From an uncultured Fibrobacterota bacterium (GTDB lineage Bacteria; Fibrobacterota; OXYB2-FULL-49-7; CAYNYI01): a DNA stretch of 64,000 nucleotides. Both the position numbers and the translations under genes were made by a program. The first letter of the stretch is position 1. Each line of letters opens with the position of its first letter. Below are positions 57,191 through 64,000 of the stretch, piece after piece. A model generated the notes under the pieces. That model had not been told where the DNA came from. It ran no database searches and was given only the letters and a program-made list of their open reading frames with translations. Location of the stretch: NCBI GenBank assembly GCA_964401455.1, contig CAYNYI010000002.1, forward strand, positions 783 through 64,782. The letters are read 5' to 3'.

Positions 57191-58033
57191 GTGCCTTGTG
57201 TTGATGTAATAATACCCGTCCGTGACCGGAATTATTCGGTTCTGCGCGCGATCGGCTCTGTGTTAAAACAAAAAGCGCAGTCATATAGAATTACCGTTGT
57301 TGATGACGGCTCTACTGACGGAACTTCTGATGCTGTCCGTTATTTTTTTTCTGATATAAATTTCATACAAACCGGAAAACGAGGCGTAAGTGCCGCAAGG
57401 AATACCGGGATACTAGCTACCGGTCTGCCTTATATCGCTTTTCTTGACAGCGATGATGAGTGGAAGCCCGGTAAGCTTGGTTCTCAACTTGAGTATATGG
57501 AATCTCAGACAGGCTGTCAGATATCACAGACGGAAGAAGTCTGGATAAGAAACGGACGCCGGGTCAATCCAAAAAAATATCATAAGAAAAAAGGAGGCAA
57601 TATTTTCAGAGAGTCTCTTGAGCGCTGTATGATAACTCCCTCTTCCGTTATCCTGCGTAGGTCTCTTTTAGATAAAAAAGGTCTGTTTGATGAGAGCCTA
57701 CCCGCGTGCGAAGACTACGATTTCTGGCTTCGAATTACGCATGATACCCCAATCGGTCTGGTCCGGGAAAAATGTCTTGTGCGTTACGGCGGCCATCCGG
57801 ATCAGCTATCTTTCAGTATAAAGACTCTTGACCGCTACAGAATAATAGCTATGATAAACCTCATACAGGCCCGGGTTTTATCCGCTGAAAACCTTGAATT
57901 GGCAGTGGCTGAACTTGAAAAAAAAGTTTTTATTTATACAAACGGATGCCGTAAAAGAGGAAAAAGCAGCGAGGCTCTTTGTATAGAGAAAAAGTATGAA
58001 AAAATAAAGAGCGAAATACTTAGTGGACTATAG
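57191..58033 (+). CDS. GT2-family glycosyltransferase.
   Basis: VDVIIPVRDR...ITVVDDGSTDGT and the DSDDEW (DxD) motif. Starts at GTG. Confidence 0.8.
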   Translation: MPCVDVIIPVRDRNYSVLRAIGSVLKQKAQSYRITVVDDGSTDGTSDAVRYFFSDINFIQTGKRGVSAARNTGILATGLPYIAFLDSDDEWKPGKLGSQLEYMESQTGCQISQTEEVWIRNGRRVNPKKYHKKKGGNIFRESLERCMITPSSVILRRSLLDKKGLFDESLPACEDYDFWLRITHDTPIGLVREKCLVRYGGHPDQLSFSIKTLDRYRIIAMINLIQARVLSAENLELAVAELEKKVFIYTNGCRKRGKSSEALCIEKKYEKIKSEILSGL

Positions 58034-59264
58034 TGATACTGTCTCCGGGGAAAACCAGCCGGGGATTTTTTATACTGTTAATTTTAATTATGGATCTAAC
58101 GGATGTTCCCGGATAGAGCCTTGAGATGCTTTCAAGTGTCTCGCCTTTTCTTATTATATGAAAAATCTTTTTGGTCTGTTCCTGTGCAGTAAAAAGAGGG
58201 CCGGTATTCTCTGATGCATAAGCTTTTGTCGCAGCTTCTAAAGGTAATATAACTGTCGTGCCGGCGGGCAGGTGCCGGTCTCTTCTGAAGAACGCTTTTT
58301 TCAGCCAGGGGTTAAGTTCTCTTATCCTGTTTGCTTTTGCTCCGGTTTTTTCAAGCAAATCAGAAATTTTTTCCGGAGCTCTCAGTGTTATAAACGGTTT
58401 ATTGTAGTCTGGGCTTTCAGGGATGTCCAGAAGGTATGTTCCGGGGTTCGACGCGATTTTAGAAATTGCAAGGAATTCAGCATAATAATTTGAAGGCGCG
58501 AATCCCAGACGGTCAAGAATTTCCGCCGGATTATCTTCGGGAATATGTTTTATATCGTTGGCATTTTCGCCCCTGTTATAGGCGGTTACCGCGATTTCTT
58601 CATGATGAAATTTATCAAACAGTTTTCTTAAATGTTTAGCATAGGCTCCGGCTGCCTTAAAACGGTTTTTTCTTTCGTCAACATATCTGTTCACCTTGAG
58701 TCCGTATCTCCTTCCTGTCCATTTAATAAACTGATAAGCACCGACCGCATGGGCTTTTGAGTAAGCCTTGTCATTGAAATTGCTTTCGAGAAGCGGCAAC
58801 CAGAAAAGCCTTTCCGGAAGTTCGTATGATTTTAGTGTATCCTTTAGGAACAAGTAGCCCGCTGAGGCCGCGATACCTTCCTGTATTCTTTCTTTCATAC
58901 CCCGCATCAGTATGAGATCCACCCCCTCTGACGCGGCCTTTATTTTAAGGGAATCATATATTTCTTCTCTCCGGGGATTGTCTATTACATAAAGTATGTC
59001 CAGCTCTTTGCGGGAGGCAATGAAAGACCGGCTGGTATCAAGCAGAAAAAGACTCTTCCAGAAATGTATACGGGCCGAGAAACCGTCTTCCCTGAAGTTT
59101 GTGTCTGGCAACGCTGCTGATTCGGTGCTTTTTTCGGCTGGGCGGGCGTTTTCGGTAGTTTGCTCCTTACCCGAAGCTTTTTGTAGGGAGGTCAGGTTTA
59201 TAAAGGATACCGTAAGAGCCGTAAAAGCCGCCGTCGCGATTACAATATTATACAGTTTTTGCAT
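58020..59264 (-). CDS. Lytic transglycosylase (MltD-like) with a C-terminal LysM domain.
   Basis: SLT motif LESNFN...AVGAYQF. LysM in HIIRKGETLESISRLY...GDSITIV. Signal peptide present. Confidence 0.75.
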   Translation of the reverse strand: MQKLYNIVIATAAFTALTVSFINLTSLQKASGKEQTTENARPAEKSTESAALPDTNFREDGFSARIHFWKSLFLLDTSRSFIASRKELDILYVIDNPRREEIYDSLKIKAASEGVDLILMRGMKERIQEGIAASAGYLFLKDTLKSYELPERLFWLPLLESNFNDKAYSKAHAVGAYQFIKWTGRRYGLKVNRYVDERKNRFKAAGAYAKHLRKLFDKFHHEEIAVTAYNRGENANDIKHIPEDNPAEILDRLGFAPSNYYAEFLAISKIASNPGTYLLDIPESPDYNKPFITLRAPEKISDLLEKTGAKANRIRELNPWLKKAFFRRDRHLPAGTTVILPLEAATKAYASENTGPLFTAQEQTKKIFHIIRKGETLESISRLYPGTSVRSIIKINSIKNPRLVFPGDSITIVH

Positions 59265-59265
59265 G

Positions 59266-61974
59266 CTAAACTTTAAGGTCTCTGCAAATTTCTTCCGCCG
59301 CCGCGTAACCTTCGGCTGCGGCTTTTACGGCGGTTTGTCCGCCATTCACAATATCTCCTCCGGCATATACCTTATCGCGCACTGTACGGCATGAACCTTC
59401 ACCGGCGACGGCGACGGTTCCCCATTTGGTAATCTCTATTCCTGTAAGGCCCTCGGCAAGAGATTCCGGTATCCTCTGTCCGACAGCTTCAACTGCGAGT
59501 TCCGCCTCAATAATATATTCGCTTCCGGGTATGGCCTCGGGCCTGCGTCGTCCGTCTTTTTCAGGTTTCCCGAGTCTTGTCCTGACCGCTTTAATACCTT
59601 TGAGATTTCCGTTCTCGGAGATGTACTCTACAGGCTGGGTAAGTACCATAAAGTGTACTCCTGCATTCAGAACATGGTTTCTTTCTTCCGGCCAGGCGGG
59701 CAGTTCACTGAAAGACCTTCTGTAAAGAATATATACATCGTCGGCGCCATTATCTTTGGCTGCCATAGCTGCGTCCATAGCACTGTTGCCTCCTCCGATA
59801 ACCGCCACGGATGAAGGCATCTTCCTGGGAGATACTTTCATCTCTGTGAGAAAATCCAAAGCCCCTATAACACCGTTCTCCGGTTTGCGCGCACCGGGAA
59901 GAGGAGTAGAATCCTGCAGGCCCGCTGCTACAAAAACGGAGTCAAAGCCTTCATTTAGAATATCATCAAGAGAATAAGAACGGGACACAGCTTTCTCTGT
60001 TCTCCATTCCAGACGCGAGGGGTCGGCCGCCTTCAGTATTGATTCAATTTCGCCCGCTGCGGCGGCGGCCTCGATTCTTTTCGACGGTATTACCTGTCTT
60101 ACAAATCCGCCGGGTTTCGATTCCTTTTCTATTATAGTCACATGAAAACCTTTTTCCAGAAGTCTTTTAGCCGCCGCCGCCCCGGCAGGACCGGCTCCTA
60201 TTACAACGGCTTTTTTCCCGTTATCCGGCCCCGTCTTAAGGCCGGTTGACCCTTTTCTGCGGGTTTCGGCGCAGATATATTTTTGTATGTCATGAATAGG
60301 TATCGGGTTTGCGCTGGTTATATTCTCAACGCATGCGCCTTCGCAAAGCACTTCGACTGGGCAAACCATCGAACAGATTTCAGGTATGCCGTTATGTCTG
60401 GTCAGTACCTCGTATGCGGCGTCTGTTTCTCCTTTAGCCATTTTCTTTATAAAGGCCGGTATATCGATTCCGGCCGGGCAGGCTTCGCGGCATGTGGGGG
60501 CCGCGCAGTCACGGCATCTATCAGATTCGGCAATTATTCTGTCACGGGCCATTTTACGGTACTTACGGTAATTCTCTCCGTAAATTTCAGAATCTTTCAT
60601 TACGCATCCCGTCTGTCCGCTGTCGCGCATGATTTGTGTGCAGCATGAACAGGCGACGCATGTTTTCATCGGGTCAAGACTGTTCTTTTTGATAATATCA
60701 GAAGCAAAGTCCGGATAAGCGAATGCCTGCCTTCCGAAACCGGCGATAGACGCTTTACCGCTTTTTATAGTGGCCGCAGCGAATTCCGGTCCGTATTGCC
60801 TCAGCCAGGTATAACCGGTACTGACCATAGGCAGATCAGGGTATTCCTGCTGCAGTTCTCCGACAATATTAACAAACCTTTCAATACCCACAAGAGGATG
60901 TTCCGCCGGAGGGTTAAAACCCGCTATCGGAAAGTCATAGGGACGGCCGTAATGCGGCTCCCAGTATGGGTTTCCTATGCTCAGGTTTATGAGAGGCATG
61001 CCCTCTTCTTTGAGTATTCCTATAAGCTTTTTTGTCTCTGTCAGGTCGGGTTTTTTGTGGTCTTTTTTATTCACTCCGAAACCGTATGGATGCCTTATCG
61101 CATCATAGGCGTTTAATCTTGTTGTTATGAAAGCTCTTTTTAGTTCTGAAGCACCGCGGGAAGCGAGTTCTCTTAAGAACCTTGTCCGGTTTTCAAAATC
61201 CTCTCCGCCGTATATGCTGTTTTTTCTTGTAAACGAAGCGTGAAGCTCAGCAATCAGGTATCGGTGACAGGCTTTAAAATCTATCCCGTCAAAACCGCAT
61301 TCTTCCGCTTCTATCGCGGCTTTAATCCATAAATCCTGAAGAGATTTAAGGTCATCGTCGGAAATAAGAGGATAATCCGGATCCAATCCAAACTGTTTGT
61401 CAAGTACCTCGGAGTGGTGCGCGATTACGGGCGCGGGTGTTCCGTCCGGTTTTGAATAGCGCCCGGAATGTGTTGTCTGCAGTACGCATACCGGCTCGTA
61501 GCCGTTTGTCTTAAGACCGGTTTCTTTTACTTCAGCGACAAGCTTTTTATAGGTGTCGGCATTTTTATCGTTAATCCACAGCTGTCCCGGATTTGATCTG
61601 CCGTCCCGTCGCACGGTTGTTGCCTCAAACCATATTATTCCGGCGCCTCCTGCCGCATATCTTTTATATCTTCTGAAAGAGAGTGCCGTGGGTGAACCGC
61701 TCTCCGAAGAGTCGTAGCCTTCCATAGGCTGAATCAGCATTCTGTTCGGGATGGTAAGGTTCTCAATTTTCAACTCTTTCTTCAGGGGGGAAAGATCATG
61801 GTCGGAATCTATTCGTATATTCAGTTCTTTTATGGCTGAATCGAGTTCTTCTCTGGTTTTATAGCTGAAAGTTTTGTGTGTATTGCGGTCCGGCATAGCT
61901 TTTCCTCCGTCGTTGGTGGCTTTGTTATTAATCGGGGTAAAAGATAATATATTCAATTGCAAATATTGTAGCAA
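59266..61974 (-). CDS. OYE-like FMN oxidoreductase fused to a 4Fe-4S plus GltD-like FAD/NAD(P)-binding domain (FadH/enoate-reductase-like).
   Basis: N-terminal TIM-barrel NADH:flavin oxidoreductase region. Cys clusters CVACSCC and CRDCAAPTCREAC. C-terminal Rossmann motifs VVIGAGPAGAAAA and VAVIGGGNSAMDAA. Confidence 0.8.
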   Translation of the reverse strand: MLQYLQLNILSFTPINNKATNDGGKAMPDRNTHKTFSYKTREELDSAIKELNIRIDSDHDLSPLKKELKIENLTIPNRMLIQPMEGYDSSESGSPTALSFRRYKRYAAGGAGIIWFEATTVRRDGRSNPGQLWINDKNADTYKKLVAEVKETGLKTNGYEPVCVLQTTHSGRYSKPDGTPAPVIAHHSEVLDKQFGLDPDYPLISDDDLKSLQDLWIKAAIEAEECGFDGIDFKACHRYLIAELHASFTRKNSIYGGEDFENRTRFLRELASRGASELKRAFITTRLNAYDAIRHPYGFGVNKKDHKKPDLTETKKLIGILKEEGMPLINLSIGNPYWEPHYGRPYDFPIAGFNPPAEHPLVGIERFVNIVGELQQEYPDLPMVSTGYTWLRQYGPEFAAATIKSGKASIAGFGRQAFAYPDFASDIIKKNSLDPMKTCVACSCCTQIMRDSGQTGCVMKDSEIYGENYRKYRKMARDRIIAESDRCRDCAAPTCREACPAGIDIPAFIKKMAKGETDAAYEVLTRHNGIPEICSMVCPVEVLCEGACVENITSANPIPIHDIQKYICAETRRKGSTGLKTGPDNGKKAVVIGAGPAGAAAAKRLLEKGFHVTIIEKESKPGGFVRQVIPSKRIEAAAAAGEIESILKAADPSRLEWRTEKAVSRSYSLDDILNEGFDSVFVAAGLQDSTPLPGARKPENGVIGALDFLTEMKVSPRKMPSSVAVIGGGNSAMDAAMAAKDNGADDVYILYRRSFSELPAWPEERNHVLNAGVHFMVLTQPVEYISENGNLKGIKAVRTRLGKPEKDGRRRPEAIPGSEYIIEAELAVEAVGQRIPESLAEGLTGIEITKWGTVAVAGEGSCRTVRDKVYAGGDIVNGGQTAVKAAAEGYAAAEEICRDLKV

Positions 61975-62064
61975 AACACCATCTGTGTCCGGAGCGGTTG
62001 ATTATGAAGCGCGTATCAATTATCTTATCTGCGGCTGGATTTTATGCTTGAAAGAGGAGTAATA

Positions 62065-62838
62065 ATGAATAAAAAAACCGCTCTTATAACGGGTGCCGGA
62101 AGAGGCATCGGACTTGGAATAGCCCTGGAACTTGCGAATGCGGGGTATGACATTGTCATAGATGACGTTCATCCCGAAGAAGCTGTCAGCGATGCGCTTT
62201 CCAAAGTAGGATCGGCAGGAGCTTCCGTATTATATCTTCGGGAAGACATATCGAACGCGACCGGAAGGGAAAAGATAATAGCCGGCATAAAAGAAAAATT
62301 CGGAAGACTTGATCTTCTTGTTAATAATGCGGGGGTTGCTCCGAAAGTCCGGGCTGATATACTGGAGGCTTCTGAGGAGAGTTATGACAGGGTTATGGCT
62401 ATCAATCTGAAAGGGCCCTATTTTCTTACACAGGCAGCGGCGAACTGGATGATTGAACAAAAGAAATCAGATTCCTCGGTAACGCCTATGATCGTAAATA
62501 TCGCTTCTCTTTCTTCTTATACATCGTCGCCTTCCCGCGGTGAATATTGCATATCAAAAGCCGGAATAAGCATGGTTACACAATTATTCGCGGACCGGCT
62601 CGGTGAGTTCGATATTCCCGTATATGAAGTAAGACCCGGAATAATTATGACCGACATGACTTCAGGAGTCAAAGAAAAGTACGATAAACTTATTGCCGAA
62701 GGCCTTACTCCGCAGAAAAGATGGGGGCTTCCCGAAGATATCGCCAGAGCTGTAAGAGCTTTTGCCGAGGGCCGATTTATGTTTTCCACCGGACAGGCCG
62801 TGAATGTTGACGGCGGATTTCATCTTAGAAGACTTTAA
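62065..62838 (+). CDS. Short-chain dehydrogenase/reductase (SDR).
   Basis: TGAGRGIGLGIA cofactor motif, NNAG and the catalytic YxxxK (YCISK). Start at ATG 62065 with an AAGAGGAG RBS. Confidence 0.85.
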   Translation: MNKKTALITGAGRGIGLGIALELANAGYDIVIDDVHPEEAVSDALSKVGSAGASVLYLREDISNATGREKIIAGIKEKFGRLDLLVNNAGVAPKVRADILEASEESYDRVMAINLKGPYFLTQAAANWMIEQKKSDSSVTPMIVNIASLSSYTSSPSRGEYCISKAGISMVTQLFADRLGEFDIPVYEVRPGIIMTDMTSGVKEKYDKLIAEGLTPQKRWGLPEDIARAVRAFAEGRFMFSTGQAVNVDGGFHLRRL

Positions 62839-62853
62839 ACGGAGGATATAGTT

Positions 62854-64000
62854 TTGAAGAAGACAAAAATGCGAATACATGGCTGCGAATATCCCTTATA
62901 TCGAATGAATACTCTTGTAATAGGAACCGGGGCCGCGTCACTTAACTGTGCCGAGAAGCTCTACCGGAGGGGGATGAGCGATATGCTCATCGTTACCGAG
63001 AAAGTCGGCGGCGGTACCTCGAATAACACAGGGTCAGACAAACAGACTTATTATAAAACTTCGGTTTTCGGTGAAGAAGCGGATACTCCTTTTGAAATGG
63101 TTAAGTCGCTTTTTAACGGCGGCGCAATGCATGGTGATATCGCTCTCACCGAGGCGACATTATCAGCTCAGGGCTTTTTCAATCTGGCGAATATAGGTGT
63201 GCAGTTTCCCCATAACCGCTACGGCGGATTTGTCGGATATAAAACCGATCATGACCCAAAGCAGAGGGCAACTTCGGCCGGTCCCTGGACTTCGAGTCAG
63301 ATGTTCACATGTCTTTTGCGGGAAGTGCGTTCTCACGGCATAGAGATAATGGATAATACAGATATTGTCTCTCTTGTTGTCGAGAAAAAAGGCAGCAGAA
63401 AAAAAGTTGTAGGTGCTGTCGGTATAAATAAAAAACAGACCGGTAATAAAAAAACGCGGGGGCTTGTTCTTTTTCAGGCCGAGAATGTGGTCTTTGGTGT
63501 TGGAGGGCCCGGCGGAATCTATAAAACTTCTGTTTATCCTAAAGTACATAAAGGTGCTATCGGTCTTGCGCTTGAGGCAGGAGCAAAGGCTCAGAACCTT
63601 ACTGAAAGCCAGTACGGGCTTGCCTCAATAAAATTCAGATGGAATGTCTCGGGAACATATCAGCAGGTAATACCGCGCTATATAAGCACCGCCACTGACG
63701 GGAGCGATGAAAAAGAATTTCTGAATGAATATTTTCCGGACATGGGTACTCTGGTCACGGATATCTTTTTGAAAGGTTATCAGTGGCCTTTCGATTCCAG
63801 GAAAATTGAGAATTACGGTTCTTCTCTCATAGATGTTCTTGTCTATATTGAGACTGTAATCAGAGGCAGACGCGTTTTTATGGATTTTAGAGACAATCCC
63901 CGGGGGGGGAGCGGCTTAAAACCGTTTAATTTTAAGATGCTCGACCCCGAAGCTTATGAATATCTTGAGAATTCAAAGGCGCTTTTCGGTACCCCGATAC
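62854..64000 (+). CDS. FAD-dependent oxidoreductase of the succinate dehydrogenase/fumarate reductase/aspartate oxidase flavoprotein superfamily. The 3' end runs off the window.
   Basis: N-terminal LVIGTGAASLNCAEKL dinucleotide-binding motif. A GGAGG RBS precedes the TTG start at 62854. The frame is open to the window end. Confidence 0.65.
   Translation, partial: MKKTKMRIHGCEYPLYRMNTLVIGTGAASLNCAEKLYRRGMSDMLIVTEKVGGGTSNNTGSDKQTYYKTSVFGEEADTPFEMVKSLFNGGAMHGDIALTEATLSAQGFFNLANIGVQFPHNRYGGFVGYKTDHDPKQRATSAGPWTSSQMFTCLLREVRSHGIEIMDNTDIVSLVVEKKGSRKKVVGAVGINKKQTGNKKTRGLVLFQAENVVFGVGGPGGIYKTSVYPKVHKGAIGLALEAGAKAQNLTESQYGLASIKFRWNVSGTYQQVIPRYISTATDGSDEKEFLNEYFPDMGTLVTDIFLKGYQWPFDSRKIENYGSSLIDVLVYIETVIRGRRVFMDFRDNPRGGSGLKPFNFKMLDPEAYEYLENSKALFGTPI

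Overview
This window looks like compact bacterial chromosome. Genes abut or overlap, and several convergent gene pairs even share their stop codons. There are no rRNA or tRNA genes, no CRISPR array and no transposase or integrase that I can see.

Main blocks:
- 1-12 kb, + strand: a flagellar type-III export-gate operon. A sigma54-like -24/-12 box sits upstream of fliO, fliP, fliQ, fliR, flhB, an unexpected beta-propeller lipoprotein, flhA, flhF, flhG, a small membrane protein and fliA (sigma-28). An HDOD protein and a GAF histidine kinase follow.
- 12-29 kb: signalling and cell-wall genes (two hybrid/PAS histidine kinases, mpl, an L,D-transpeptidase, greA, fmt). Scattered among them are partner-switching components: three STAS anti-sigma antagonists with the conserved Ser, and a receiver fused to an RsbW-like serine-kinase ATPase.
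- 27-28.2 kb: a CAP-domain T9SS cargo gene (the only T9SS-related gene I see) carrying one in-frame TAG.
- 29.9-33.7 kb: a divergent pair made of a COG1373 AAA ATPase (DUF4143-like C-terminus) and a large Rad3/DinG-type Fe-S helicase with an N-terminal RecB/Cas4-like nuclease domain.
- 33.7-52.5 kb, all minus strand: a complete Pel-like exopolysaccharide locus, read as PelA split into a GH114 gene and a CE4 gene, PelB split into a TPR gene and a predicted porin gene, then pelC, an embedded CheY-like receiver, pelD (RxxD site retained), pelE, an inserted HEAT-repeat protein, pelF and pelG. Two tandem paralogous SpoIIE/PP2C phosphatases follow on the same strand.
- 52.6-64 kb: housekeeping genes (purM, gpmI, cysS, clpP, a GT2 glycosyltransferase, a LysM lytic transglycosylase, an OYE/GltD-like flavoprotein, an SDR and a partial FAD oxidoreductase).

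Flagellar genes together with a T9SS-type C-terminal sorting domain suggest an FCB-superphylum or candidate-phylum organism, but I cannot assign taxonomy from sequence alone.
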